Notes: a model not told the origin generated them from the sequence alone. 64,000 nt of DNA from Octopus vulgaris (GCA_951406725.2 OX597825.1:65472001-65536000), one strand, 5' to 3'; positions 42,948-56,700 are shown, numbered from the stretch's first letter. Numbers and translations are program-made.

Positions 42948-43272
42948 CTTATTTTTTTATTTTTATGTGCCCTTTTCAAGCCTAGCCAGGTTCATGGGCC
43001 TGGTTTCCCGGTTTCTGTGGCATATGTGTTCCCCACAGCTGAATGGGACACCAGTCCATCGCAGCGTTACTCAAGAAACAGGAAGAGAGAGTGAGAAAAA
43101 GTTGGCGTGAAAGAGTACGACAGGGGTCGCCAACACCCACTGTCAGAGCCTCGTTGAGCTTTTAGGTATTTTCACTCAATAAGCACACACATCACCCGGT
43201 CTGGGAATCGAAACTACGATCCTCCAGCTGCGAGTCTGCTGCTTTAACCACGGGGCCATTGCGCCTCCACTA
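42948..43272 (-). mobile_element. SINE family D with 12-bp TSD
   Basis: Reverse complement of 13499-13806; TSD AATTCCATTATA at 42936-42947 and 43273-43284. Confidence 0.88.
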
Positions 43273-43592
43273 AATTCCATTATATACAAACTGAAAATAT
43301 TTCATTTTTGTATTTGGTTTGAAAGATTTCATACTTCATTGTATTTTTTATCTTTTGTTTGTTTTCGTCATACAAGGTGTGGCCCTTGTACTTATTTTTT
43401 AAACCTGGTACCTATTTTATTACTATCATTTTTACTGAACCACTAAGGAAACTAGTTTCCACTTGCATTGCCTCCATTCAGATTATTAAATGGAATATAG
43501 CTCACTTGGAATATTACAACTCCAGTCTGTATTTTATTTGCAAGTAGTGTTAATATTGGCAATCTCAAAATAAAGCAGTGTATTTTATATGC

Positions 43593-43636
<44 letters not shown>

Positions 43637-43669
43637 TTTTAATACTTTTGATATATATTTAAAATAATA

Positions 43670-43845
43670 TAAATTAATTAATTTTATGTATTGGCTTATG
43701 TTTTTCATTGTTTGATTTGCCTAATAGTGGTTTTATCTCTAATTTAATATAATATAATATAATATATTTATACTATAAAATTGGATTTAATCCTAAATCT
43801 GATTTTTCCCTGTAAGTTTGGATTTATTCCCTAATATTTTATTAT
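43670..43845. mobile_element. Repeat fragment in (TA)n, inverted copy of 16352-16516
   Basis: CCTAAATCTGATTTTTCCCTGTAA.TTTGGATT.ATTCCCTAATATTT is shared. Confidence 0.7.
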
Positions 43846-43874
43846 ATATATATATATATGAATACATATACAAT

Positions 43875-44032
43875 GGGCTTCTTTTAGTTCCCATATACCA
43901 AATCCATTCACAAGGCTTTGGTTGGCCCTGGGCTATGATAAAATACACTTGCTCAAATTACCACAAAGTGGGATTGAACCCAGAGTCACGTGGTTAGGAA
44001 GCAAACTTCTTACCACACACCCATGCCTGTAC
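43875..44032 (-). mobile_element. SINE family A, diverged 5' half
   Basis: Reverse complement of the head. Confidence 0.75.
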
Positions 44033-44137
44033 CTATTTCCAGAATACTGACAAAATGATTTTGGCAAATCTATCTGATTAATTGATTGACCAAGCAATTA
44101 ATCAAACAATCAATTAGCTAATTGTTTACATGATAGG

Positions 44138-44509
44138 TGCAGGAGTGGCTGTGTGGTAAGTAGCTTGCTCACCAACCACATGATTCCGGGTTCTGTCCCA
44201 CTGCATTGCACCTTGAGCCAACCAAAGCCTTGTGAGTGGATATGGTAGACAGAAACTGAAAGAAGCCTGTCATATATATGTATATGTATATGCGTGTGTG
44301 TTTGTGTCGGTGTTTGTCTCCCCAACGTCACTTGACAACCGATGGTGGTGTGTTTACGTCACCATAACTTAGTGGTTCGGCAAAAGAGACCAATAGAATA
44401 AGCACTAGGCTTACAAAGAATAAGTCCTGGGGTCGATTTGCTCAACTAAAAGTGGTGCTCCAGCATGGCCGCAGTCAAATGACTGCAACAAGTAAAAGAG
44501 TAAAAGAAT
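44138..44509 (+). mobile_element. SINE family A, near full length with a short internal deletion
   Basis: Matches the consensus except for a missing GGCAAGTGTCTTCTACTATAGCCTC segment. Confidence 0.88.
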
Positions 44510-45087
44510 AGTAAACCAATTGATAGGTAGAAATAAAGAAGTTAAATAGAATCAGTACGTGTGTTTCTTATTGGCATAAAGACCCTCCTGAAAATCAACA
44601 AAATAAATATATTTTGCACTGTCAGAAAGCTAACTCACAAAACATTTCCTAAATAACAAATCTCCAGTATTTAATCAAAAACGATTCTATGCAGTCATTC
44701 TATTCTGTTGCCTAAATAACCTCTCTTACCATTTATATCAATCCTAATAATATACATATTACAGTGTGGTTCACTCTAAAAGACAATCATGCTACCTTAT
44801 ATGAATTTTTTCTTCTTCCCTCTCTCACTTGTAAAAGAGAAGGCGTTACTATACCTTCTCTTTAGCAATTACAGCTAATTATTCATCTTCTGGATTCTCA
44901 CATCTAATGTCACCATAACATTTCTCATCATCGTATCCCTACATCATTTTCTTCTCTGTGGATGCTGCTTCATTTAGTGGTGACACTTAGAATACAGAGC
45001 ATGTCATTCTGAGTGTGGATTATGATGTGTTCTACAGAATGTCAGGAGGTGTGTGTTTTTCTGTGTGTGTGTGTACATGTGTGTGTA

Positions 45088-45240
45088 TCCTTTACCTATG
45101 TTTCTAACGAAGAGCTCCGCTCGAAATGTTAAATCCTCTTTCTTTCTTTCCTTTCCTGAGCTTCCAATAACACTATACTTGTTCCATGTCCTCGCGTTGT
45201 TGTGTTTTCTCTTTGTATTTTTCATGTTTGGATTAACTAT
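45088..45240 (+). mobile_element. Penelope-type terminal fragment with hammerhead-like motif (45101-45133)
   Basis: TTT-CTAACGA-a-GAGC tcc GCTC-GAAATGTT-AAA; lies between TG and TA tracts; core carries substitutions. Confidence 0.55.
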
Positions 45241-46161
45241 ATATATATATATATATATATAAATGGAAAAAAAACCAATAGAGGGCATTAAAATGTTCGA
45301 ACAGATAGATGATACAAAGGACAGGCAAAAAAAGACAGTTCTTTCTTGGCTTTCTTTCATCAGTCAAGTCCCAGAAGTCACAACCATTTCGGGCAGTTAC
45401 ACTTGAGAGGGTTCGATCTGGTTGCCCAAGAGAGAGAGAGTGAGAGAGAGAGAGAGAGAGCGAAACAGACAGAAAGACAGACAAACAGGCAGAAGGACTG
45501 GCACAGAGAGAGACTGGTAGATTATTGGATAATTTCCTTAGGAAACAAAGAAAGGCATCAATAAACTTTGCCTCCATATACCACTCCCATGCAAGCGTGG
45601 AAAAATACACTTAAAACAATGATGATGATCATGATGATGATCATGATGATGAGGAGGAGGAGGAGAAAGAAGAAGAGGAGGATTATGTGTTTGTATGTGT
45701 TTCTGCATATCAGTAGCTCTTTATCTTTATAATTTGTCTGCACATTAGTACATTTGACTCTAGTTATCAAAATAATTACAAATATTAATGTGCGCACCTT
45801 TGTGTGTGTGTGTGTGTGTGTACGTGTGCATTCATTTTATGTTTGCACATACTTTTGTCAGTACTTCTATCGCTGTGTATTGTTATGTCTGTATGTAATT
45901 TTGTCATTATACATTTGTATGTTAACCAGTTGTTTATAACTTACCTCTTCCCAAGCTATATTCAACACAGTTCATTTCTAATTTTATCTACCTGTAGTTG
46001 ACACAGATACTGGCATTCATAGGTGTGCGAATGCCTATCTGCACGTAAACACACATTAACATATCTGCAAATATGTGTTTATTTAATTCCAAGAATATAT
46101 TGCATATACATATAGAATGTTCTACACACACACACACATATGTGTCTATATAAATATATAA

Positions 46162-46370
46162 ATACTTATTAATAAATATATATATATATATATATATATC
46201 AAGTAAAAGGTAAAGGAATGGAAATTATGCACACACATACATATATGTATATATATATATACATACTTATTAATAAATATATATAAATACATACATATAT
46301 ATATGTGTGTGTGTGTATATATATCAAGTAAATGGTAAAGGAATGGGAATTACAGAAACACACACACACA
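46162..46370. repeat. Local duplication interleaved with microsatellite
   Basis: ATACTTATTAATAAATATATATA...TATCAAGTAAA.GGTAAAGGAATGG.AATTA twice. Confidence 0.8.
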
Positions 46371-46674
46371 CGTGTGTGAATGTTTTCATCCTAATGCATA
46401 TGTTAAATTATATATATAAGTGGTACATATTTAAATAAAAATTGTACACATATCTATTTATATTACTGTACATAGAACAGTCACACAATTTTTAAGATGT
46501 TCATGTAACTCATTCCCGATATTCGCATGTATTTGTTCTGTACATATACATACATACATACATAAATACATACATACATACATACATACATACATACATA
46601 CATACATACATACATACATACATACATACACATATACAGTCAGAGAGACATATAAACTTACAAATATATAAGGT

Positions 46675-46835
46675 GCAGGCATGGCTGTGTGATAAGAAGG
46701 TTGCTTCCCAACCACATGGTTCTAGGTTCAGTCTCACTGCATGGCACTTTGGGCAAGTGTCTTCTCTAATGGCCTCAGGTCAACCAAGGCCTTGTGAATG
46801 GATTTAGTAGACGGAAACTGAAAGAAGCCTGTTGT
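46675..46835 (+). mobile_element. SINE family A, 5' half
   Basis: Matches the head and body. Confidence 0.82.
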
Positions 46836-46919
46836 GTGTATATATATGTATGTGTGTGTGTGTGTTTGTGTGCGTTTGTGTGTGTGTATGTGTTGAATGA
46901 GAGGAAAATGGTAGCTTAA

Positions 46920-47129
46920 CCCTTTAGCATTCAGATTACTCTGTCAAATATAATGCTTATTTATACATAATCCTGGATTATCTCATAGATTTAAAATTTT
47001 GATGATGTGATTGTATATTTTTAGAATGACATAGCGTAGGTGTGAGAGTCCAGATCTGGCCACTTTGAACATAAAAAAAACTAGTTGAATATTTGGGCCT
47101 GATATATGACCAGTTTGAACACTAAAGAG
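46920..47129. mobile_element. TTAA-flanked piggyBac-like MITE (second family)
   Basis: TTAA|CCCTTTAGCATTCA ... TGAACACTAAAGAG|TTAA. Confidence 0.7.
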
Positions 47130-47950
47130 TTAACAGTCTCTTATATAAGGACCTGCTGAAGAACAAGTAAACAGAATCAAATGTTGTCAACACAAAATTC
47201 CGACAGGTGATGGGAAGAGGTGATAAATGGAGAACAATGAGTGATAAGGGGACAGGCAAGAAACTAGAAGTAAATAGAAGTGGGGATGAAGGATCTGATA
47301 TAGGCCTCTAAATGCTACCTTTGAGTTTTTAAGTGCACATTACTGGAAGGAAGGGCCGGCATGGATTAATCTCTTACAGCACTCTGCATTACCAATGTGT
47401 AAGAACCTTGATCATATACACCATGTGATGCAATATCATCAAGTTAGCTTCCACATCTTCCCAAGTCATTCATCGTGCTCTTCCATGAGTTCTAATAATT
47501 GGAATATACATGTATATATGTGTGTTTGTGTGCCATTACGAGTGTGCATATGCATGTATATATGTATATATGCATATATATGAATATATATACATGCATC
47601 ATATTATACAAATATATCTGTCTATAGATTTTTATGTATACATACATATCATATATATATATATATATATATATATAATTCCACATGTAGTTTATGCTAC
47701 CATCATCATTGTTATGCAATTGTGAGGTTTTATATTATATTGCATACAAATATAGTTATGTATGCAAATGTGTTTATATAAAATATATATACACATATAA
47801 AATATTATATACATACATAAACGCATCTATCTACACAAGCATATATATATGTATGTCAAAATACATACATATACCAGTGTGCATATGTACACATGTAAAT
47901 ACATATATATGCATATGTCAAAATATATATATATATATATATACACATAT

Positions 47951-47985
<35 letters not shown>

Positions 47986-48368
47986 ACGTCTGTGTGTGTA
48001 TGTATATATGTAAATACACACACACAAAAATATATACATACAGAGATACCCATATATACACACACATATACATATTTGCCTGTATGTATCTACGTACATA
48101 CATTGACATACATAAATGTTGTATAGTTTCTTTTGAGTATTTCTCCTGAAATTTCAAGGCAATTTACATAGAATTGTTGGGAAACTTCTAGTTCTAAATT
48201 ATCGAATTCTTAGCATCCTGTTATATTTTTGTATTTGCTTCTTTTTATTCATAATTCCAACAATAAATTATTTCCATCTCATTTTACAGTTTTAATTCTT
48301 CAAAATGACTGAATTATATTGCAAACAGGTCAAGAGACAAGAAAAGGGTTATGCAAAACATATATATG

Positions 48369-48484
<116 letters not shown>

Positions 48485-48755
48485 CATGTGTATGCGTGCA
48501 TACACATATATAAGTGTATACTTATACAAACACATACTCAAACATACAGATGTATGTCCTCTCATACATACACACACACTCACATAGATATATACTCACA
48601 CATACTAACACAAAAATATACATACATTTGCATATATATGTGTGTAATTATTAATCCAGTATGTCAACAACCGACAACAGGAAAATCAATATACATACAT
48701 ACATATATAAATATATATATATACACATATAGAGAGAGAGATGTAGATATATATA

Positions 48756-48786
<31 letters not shown>

Positions 48787-49151
48787 GTATATATCTGATT
48801 ACGTATGTATAACTGTGTAAGTGTACTCACAAATATATTTAAAGAACTAGAGAATACAACAAAAGCAATAAAATCTAAGATGTATAATGATATTAAGAGA
48901 AGTACTATTTTTATAATTCTTACAAATTTCTTGGAATATATGAAGACATACACACACACACATATATATATATGTACTATTGTGCATATGTATGTGTTTA
49001 TATGTTTAATATATCTGTATGTGTATGTGTGTATGAGTATATATATATATATAGATACACACACACACACACATATATATAATAATAAAATAATAAAAAA
49101 AACACTGTGTACAGTGCTCAGGTGCACTACAACATATATATGTATATATAT

Positions 49152-49325
<174 letters not shown>

Positions 49326-49906
49326 GTATATACATTTATATGTGTGTGTGTATTTAGTCAGTGTACTCAGCTTGGTTTTGTTTCAATAGAGTTATTTCTT
49401 TCTTTGGTATTTTTTCTTATTTTTCCACAAATTGTATTATGTTTCTCTACTCCTTTAACATATCATCAATCAGAGAAGATAATCGGCCAATTAGAATGTT
49501 CAAGAAATAAGAATTATTAACATTATATATATATATTTCTATTTTATTTCACATGATGTCATTTCGAATGTTCATTCGTTTTAAATGTCAGATGGCACTG
49601 CTAGCAGAGTCATTTAAACATATTAAGGTACCTCAATATATAAACTATGTTTCCACACAATACAGTTTATTTGTGCTCTGTATTCTATATCAAATTTTGA
49701 GATTCTTTGTCTGTTAGATGGATAGGATATAGGTATAGAATGTGAGGTGATGGATTTCTGTCAGAGTTTGTCTTGTGTGTGTGTATATATATATATAGAT
49801 ATATATATATATATCAATATATCAATATCTATTTATCTGTCTATCTCTCTATGTACATGTATATAATATATATTATATATATGTATGTATATGTATATAT
49901 ACATAT

Positions 49907-50313
49907 ACAGGAGTGGCTGTGTGGTAAGTAGCTTGTTTACCAACCACATGGTTCCAGGTTCAGTCCCACTGTGTGGCACCTTGGGCAAGTGTCTTCTACT
50001 ATAACCTCGGGCTAACCAAAGCCTTGTGAGTGGCTTTGGTAGACGGAAACTGAAAGAAGCCTGTCGTATATATGTATATATATATATATGTGCGTGTGTG
50101 TGTGTTTGTGTGTCTGTGTTTGTTCCCCTAGCATTGCTTGACAACCGATGCTGGTGTGTTTATGTCCCCATTACTTAGCGGTTCGGCAAAAGAGACCAAT
50201 AGAATAAGTACTGGGCTTACAAAAGAATAAGTCCCGGGGTTGTGTTGCTCGATTAAAGGCGGTGCTCCAGCATGGCCGCAGTCAAATGACTGAAACAAGT
50301 AAAAGAGTAAAGA
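49907..50313 (+). mobile_element. SINE family A, full length
   Basis: Matches the consensus. Confidence 0.92.
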
Positions 50314-50618
50314 GAGATATGTGCGTGTGTGTGTGTGTGTGTGTATGTATATATATCTATACATATATCTATCTGTCTATATATGTATATGTATATGTAT
50401 ATGCATGTATGTGCCACCAGCATCAGTGACTTTGCCTTGGTGAGGTCCAACACTCGAAAGGTGCTTTTTATGTACCACCTGCACAGGTGCCAGTTATGTG
50501 AGACCAGCATCAGCCATGATTACGATTTCACGTGGCTTGATAGGTCTTCTCAAGCAGAGCACATCAAGCAGAGCACATCACTAAAGGTCTCGGTCACTAG
50601 CCATTGCCTCTTTGAGAC

Positions 50619-50966
50619 CTCAAGGTGACTACAGTACCAGTGATTGTAAGATCTCTAGGAATGATAAAAAAAAGGTACTGAAACCTATTTGAAAATGATT
50701 CCAGGCTTACCATCCCTACAGGAATTGCAAAAAATCGTATTAACTGGAACGGCTCATGTACTGAGAAGAGCATTATCGCTGTGAAAACAACATCCATTCA
50801 TGAATTTCTTTATTAATTTTTAGATATATATTTTATCTGTGAATTTGCGTGTGTAATCTGGGAATGCATACAATGCCCTTCTCTGCCCTGGGTGTATGGA
50901 AAACACTCGGCGAGAAACGGAAGAAAATTTGAAGAAAGAAGGAAAAAACATAATAATAATAATAAT
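50619..50966 (+). mobile_element. 3' end of an R4/Dong-like (RLE-type) non-LTR retrotransposon
   Basis: LKVTTVPVIVRSLGMIKK/GTETYLKMIPGLPSLQELQKIVLTGTAHVLRRALSL* (one +1 shift in the A run, stop at 50782-50784), then 3' UTR and (TAA)n at 50951-50966; resembles the VPIVIGALG...LQKAVLLGTARILR C-terminus of this group. Confidence 0.75.
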
Positions 50967-51423
50967 ATCAATTCTTTCTAAGTTCGGCTCAAGGCCAACA
51001 ATTTTATTTGGCGGGGTTTGATTGATTGCATCAACCCCATTACCTGACATGTTCTTATTTTATTGACCCTGTAGGAATGAAATGCTAAGTTTAACCCCCA
51101 AGGAATTTGAACATAGAGCATAAAGAGTTAGAAGAAATGTTGCTCTGCATTTTGTCTAATGCTCTAATGATTTTGCCTGATAATTGATTTTTATTTGAGA
51201 TTTTGATAAAATGCCAATTTAGGCATCGTTCAAGGAATGCCTAGCAAAACAGGTCAATTGGAATCTTTTTCTTCTCTTACCTTAGTTTAAAGACACCCAA
51301 AGAAAGCAGACTGCTTTCTAGATATAATCAATGTAATTGATCTATTCATCAATAAAATATATGCTCCTGAAACAGCTGTTGTGACCCTTTAAAATCCATT
51401 TGTTTTCTTATTTTATATAAATA

Positions 51424-51932
51424 CTAGCATATTGCACAGCTTTGCAAAATGGTCACATTTAATTCAAAGCGTTAAAAATGTTATGAAAACAATTGGTATG
51501 TGTTTACGAAGTCCAAACGATTAATACGAAAAAACCCTCCAGGCTACATCCTGAAAATTCATTTCTTTGCTGAATTTCTACAATGTTTACGGCATATTTG
51601 TTTTTATATCTTGATTTTTTATTTTTCATGCAATTTACGCATGCTTGCACACGTGGTGAACACAGTTCACGTCAAACAGCTGACTGAGTAAAGTTCACTA
51701 TTCAATACATGGGATAAGGCCTAAACAAACACTTTATCGATTTTTGCACTTGTGAGATGAATTTCGGAACAGAAATAGCACAGTACAATTTTCATTTGCC
51801 TAAACTTTAAGTGACCCATTTTTGGTGGTTCTACGATTTGTTGGCTAGGAGGAGATGTGCCGGGAAGTTAAACACACAGACACACACACAGATATACACA
51901 CAGACACACAAGTTGAGTTTTATATATATAGA
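51424..51932 (-). mobile_element. Non-autonomous Helitron
   Basis: Minus strand A|TCTATATATATAAAACTC ... TTGCAAAGCTGTGCAA (short hairpin) ..GCTAG|T: 5' TC, 3' CTAG, insertion between A and T, no TSD, TG/TC-rich tract near the 5' end. Confidence 0.75.
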
Positions 51933-52114
51933 TGTGTATATGGGTGTGGGGGTTCTGCTGTTTGTATCCATTTGCAGTGTTTGGGTCAGATAGGGACCGT
52001 AATAAAAGACACTTATCCAAGATGACAAGTGGTGGAACCCAAACTACATGATCTTGATTAGGAAGTAATAATCTTCATAACCATACAGCATACCTGCATC
52101 ATGTATAAATCCAA

Positions 52115-52280
52115 TATTGGTTTCTAATTTTGGGACAAAGCAAGTAATTTTGTAGGGAGGTAATAAGTTGGTTACATCGACCTATCGACCTCGGTGCTTC
52201 TCTGTTACTTATTTTATCAATCTCCAAAAGAATGAAAGACAAAGTCGACCTTGGTGGAATTTGGACTCAGAACATAGAGA
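52115..52280 (-). mobile_element. SINE family B, diverged
   Basis: GAATGAAAGACAAAGTCGACCTTGGTGGAATTTGGACTCAGAAC. Confidence 0.7.
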
Positions 52281-53652
52281 CAGACTTGCCCAACATGATA
52301 ATATTTCTGCCAGATCGTCATTATAAGTATAAAGCTAATATTGACTATAGAATGTATTTTTTTATTCAAGAACTATATTTCATTCAGTCAATACCAATTC
52401 TCTTCTACACCATTCTTTGCTTTGTTTCTTTGTTTTTTGTAGTTGTTGTTTTTTGTTTTTGTTCTTGTTTTCTTTCTTCACTGCATAATATGCATTGCTT
52501 TCCAAAGAGGAAGGACACGGTGATAGATTCCTGTAGTGTCCTACAGCAACACATCATAGAATGCTTTTTTCAGAAAGTATTGAATAAATATAGAGTGGTT
52601 TAAACATTGTATTCTTTAATACTCCTGCATAGAAATACTCCTGAATATGGAAAAAACCAAATTATAAATAGAAGAAGAATTTGGTAAAATATTCATTTAT
52701 GAATGTTTGAATATTAAGAATGTGCAATGTTAAGTGCCTGCAATTCAAGAGGGTTAAACAAAGAAACAGCACAAGAATAGGAGTAACACATGAAGAATAC
52801 AATTAAAATAAAATAATGAAATGTGCAGGTGCAAGACAATGTTACTGAGATAAGAGCGAATAGCTTATGGGTAGAAAAGAAAGTTGAGAATGAAATTCAG
52901 AATGTGAAAAATGAGAATCGAAAATGGAAATGTGAAAGATTATATCTCGTGTTTTTTTAATACTTGATTCAACTATTTAGTATTCATAAACTCACATGAA
53001 TATAATTTTTCTTGAAACTTTAATCTAGATAGGATTTTTAAAATTTTTTTAATGTGGTTTAAAATTCAGATTTGGTCATGTTTGGGGGATAAACATTCAC
53101 ATTTTCACACATTTTCATGCAGATACAATGGTGTATTGCCCAACCGGAAAGCCCTTATATACTTGAAGTGCCATAGCAGTTAAAGCTGCTTCAAATGATA
53201 CCTTATTATATTAAAATAAGGAGGGGCATATTAGATAATGTTTTTCAAGACGCCCCTGAAATTGAACGATTCTGAGTGAGGAAACACTGATATTTCTGGT
53301 TTTATGAGGTGGTAAACCTTGCCAAAGGGCAACCATTGATTTGCTCCAGGACTGCTTATTTCTGTCTTCTTTCTACATTCCAAGGTCTGTACCATAATTC
53401 TGGCAAGGAGACTTTCTATGGAGTAAGCCCTCCCAAACTGCCACCATAGGTTAGGTCCAGAATTATCTATTTCTTCATTCAAAGCAAACCTCATCCTAAG
53501 GCCATTCCTGTATCTACCACCTGAGAACTCACTCAGTAAGTTTTCATCACCTTTCCCTTGTCAATCAACTGATTAGAAATAACTAATTGCATACAAATCA
53601 CATTGTATCATCAGGGATAAATTGGTCAATGGTATACAAGAATATATTACAG

Positions 53653-53922
53653 TAAGGCAGCAAGCTGGCAGAAACGTTAGCAAGCCAGGTGAAATGCTTA
53701 GTGGTATTTCGTCTCCTGTGACGTTCTGAGTTCAAATTCCACCGCGGTCGACTTTGCCTTTCATCCTTTTGGGGTCGATTAAACAAGTACCAGTTACACA
53801 CTGGGTCAATATAATCGACTTAATCCGTTTGTCTGTCCTTGTTTGTCCCCTCTATGTTCAGCTCTTTGTGAGCAATAAAGAAATAAGAAACATTAGCACA
53901 CTGGACGAAATGCTTAGCGGTT
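53653..53922 (+). mobile_element. SINE family B, full length
   Basis: AAGGCAGCAAGCTGGCAGAAACGTTAGC head, GAGTTCAAATTCC, GTCGACTTTGCCTTTCATCCTTTTGGGGTCGAT core. Confidence 0.88.
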
Positions 53923-53924
53923 TA

Positions 53925-54191
53925 TCGCTTTTTTCTTTGCTGTCTATTACTTATATCAATCATTAGACTGTGGTCATGGCGGGGCGCTGCCTTCAAGAAC
54001 TTTTAGTCAAATGAATCGACCCCAGTAGTTTCTTTTTTTTTTATTTTTTGTTAAGCCTGGTACTTATCCTGTTGGCTTTTGTTGCCAAACTGCTAAGTTA
54101 CGGGGACATAAACACACCACCACCAGTTGTCAAACAGTGATGGGGGACAAACACAAAGACATGAACATGAAGATATATACATATATATATA

Positions 54192-54236
<45 letters not shown>

Positions 54237-54629
54237 CTCTTTTTTTTCTCTCTTTTACTTGTTTCAGTCATTTGACTGCGGCCATGCTGGAGCACCGCCT
54301 TTAATCGAGCAATTCGATCCCGGGACTTATTCTTTTGTAAGCCCAGTACTTATTCTATCGGTCTCTTTTGCCGAACCGCTAAGTAACGGGGAAATAAACA
54401 CACCAGCATCGGTTGTCAAGCAATGCTAGGGGGACAAACACAGACACACATACACTCATATATATATACATATATACGACGGGCTTCTTTCAGTTTCCGT
54501 CTACCAAATCCACTCACAGGGCTTTGGTCGGCCCGAGGCTATAGTAGAAGACACTTGCCCAAGGTGCCACGTAGTGGAACTGAACCCGGAACCATGTGGT
54601 TGGTAAACAAGCTACTTACCACACAGCCA

Positions 54630-54661
<32 letters not shown>

Positions 54662-55442
54662 CTCTTTTACTCTTTTAATTGTTTCAGTCATTTGACTGCA
54701 GCCATACTGGAGCACCACCTTTAGTCGAGCAAATCGACCCCAGGACTTATTCTTTGTAAGCCTAGCACTTATTCCATCGGTCTCTTTTCCTGAACCGCTA
54801 AGTTACGGGGACATAAAGACACACCAGCATCGGTTGTCAAGTGATGTTGGGGGGACAAACACAGGCACACAAACTCACGCAGACATATATATATATACAT
54901 ACATATATATACAACGGGTTTCTTTCAGTTTCCGTCTACCAAATCCACTCACAAGGCTTTGGTTGGACTGAGGCTATAGTAGAAGACACTTGCCCAAGGT
55001 GCCACACAATGGGACTGAACCTGGAACCATGTGGTTGGTAAGCAAGCTACTTACCACACATCCACTCCTGCATCTATATATATATATATATACATATATA
55101 GTTTGGGCTTCTTTCAGTTTCTCTCAACCAAATCCACTCACAAGGCTTTGGTTGGACTGAGGCTATAGTAGAAGACACTTGGCCAAGGTGCCACACAATG
55201 GAACTGAACCCGGAACCATGTGGTTGGTAAGCAAGCTACTTACCACACATCCACTCCAGCACCTATATATATATATATATATATATATAGTTTGGGCTTC
55301 TTTCAGTTTCTGTCTACCAAATCCACTCACAAGGCTTTTGATCAGCCCAGGGCTGTAGTAGAATTCACTCGCCCAAGTCGCAATGCAGTGGGACTGAACC
55401 CAGAGCCAGCAAGCTTCTTATCACATAGCTATGTCTGTACCT
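53925..55442 (-). mobile_element. Nested cluster of family A SINEs
   Basis: Old 3' half 53925-54165; full copies 54246-54632 and 54661-55072; extra 5' half 55104-55262; old 5' half 55293-55442; all minus strand and separated by (TA)n. Confidence 0.88.
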
Positions 55443-55450
55443 ATATTTAT

Positions 55451-55976
55451 CTATTCATTATAGAATTTGCTGACTTTGGATATATGAGCATACTGCCCAA
55501 TACCTTTTGAATGTCCTCTGAGACCAAGGATTGACAGACTTAACCTGTAACCTTGTGTAACCCTAATTCCTTGCCCTATTTCTTTTAGATTTCTTCAGTG
55601 TGTTCCAAGCATGTGGGGACTGGGTCTGCCATATGAATATGATTTCTTATCGTCCTTCTTTCCTTCCTACAAGTCTAGGAAATCTTGGAGTGGTCTACAG
55701 GTTCAGTTGTTCCTACTCATTATAGAATTTGCTGGCTTTGGATATAGGATCATACAGCCCAATACCTTTTGAATGTCCTCTGAGACCAAGGATTGACAGA
55801 CTTAACCTGTAACCTTGTGTAACCTTAATTCCTTGCCCTATTTCTTTTAGATTTCTTTAGTAGGTTCCAAGCATGTGGGGGACTAAGTCTCCCATATGAA
55901 TATGATTTCTTATCTTCCTTCTTTCCTTCCTACAAGTCTAGGAGATCTTGGAGTAGTCTACAGGTTCAGTTGTTCC
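55451..55976. repeat. Tandem duplication of a ~262-bp unit
   Basis: Units 55451-55712 and 55713-55976, highly similar with scattered substitutions. Confidence 0.92.
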
Positions 55977-56126
55977 TTCTCTCACGCCAACACATTAACA
56001 TTAAACAACAAGACCGGACCATAAATATCGAAACTCACTGAAAAGAAAGACGCAAATATTCCCGTGATAGAATGACAATACATTTTAATTTAGTCATTAA
56101 TCATTCGGTAATATAACCGAAAGCAA

Positions 56127-56210
56127 AATTAGAGCAGCTGTTTCAAAGATTAATTTGAACAATCCATCAATTAGAGCAGCTGTTTCAAAGATTAATTTGA
56201 ACAATCCATC
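56127..56210. repeat. Exact 42-bp tandem duplication
   Basis: AATTAGAGCAGCTGTTTCAAAGATTAATTTGAACAATCCATC twice. Confidence 0.95.
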
Positions 56211-56287
56211 AATTTGATCGTAACTAACATCAGTATGGCTTGACAAAACTACCCAGGCAATCATAGCTTAGATGAAAACATAAACAT

Positions 56288-56579
56288 TGACAACAACAAC
56301 AACTACAACAACAAACACAACAAAGTTTATGTTGAAAACAACAACAATATAGAGATGATGATGATGATAGTCGAGGTGGTGGGGGTGTTGGTGGTGATGC
56401 TGGTGGTTCTGGTGCGACAGTGATGATGATGACCATCATTATCATCATCATAATGGTGATTGTGGTGGGGATGTCAACAATGATGTTAATTGAAAATGAT
56501 GGGATATTATTAAAGACAATGATGATGATGATGATGATATTGGTGGTACTGCAGGTGGTGGTGGTGGTGGTGGTGCTGC

Positions 56580-56635
<56 letters not shown>

Positions 56636-56700
56636 GTACTGGTGGTGGTGGTGGTGGTGCTGTTGGTGCTGGTGCTGGTGCTGGTGGTTATGGCGGTGCT
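56288..56700. repeat. Mixed trinucleotide tract (CAA, GAT, GGT, GCT)
   Basis: Directly visible. Confidence 0.9.

Noticed and set aside
45938-46010. Minus-strand 47-nt micro-exon (CTACAG...GAAGAG|GTAAGT)
   Set aside because: Weak pyrimidine tract and stop codons in all three frames
53231-53494. 87-aa ORF as a coding exon
   Set aside because: No recognisable domain or convincing splice sites
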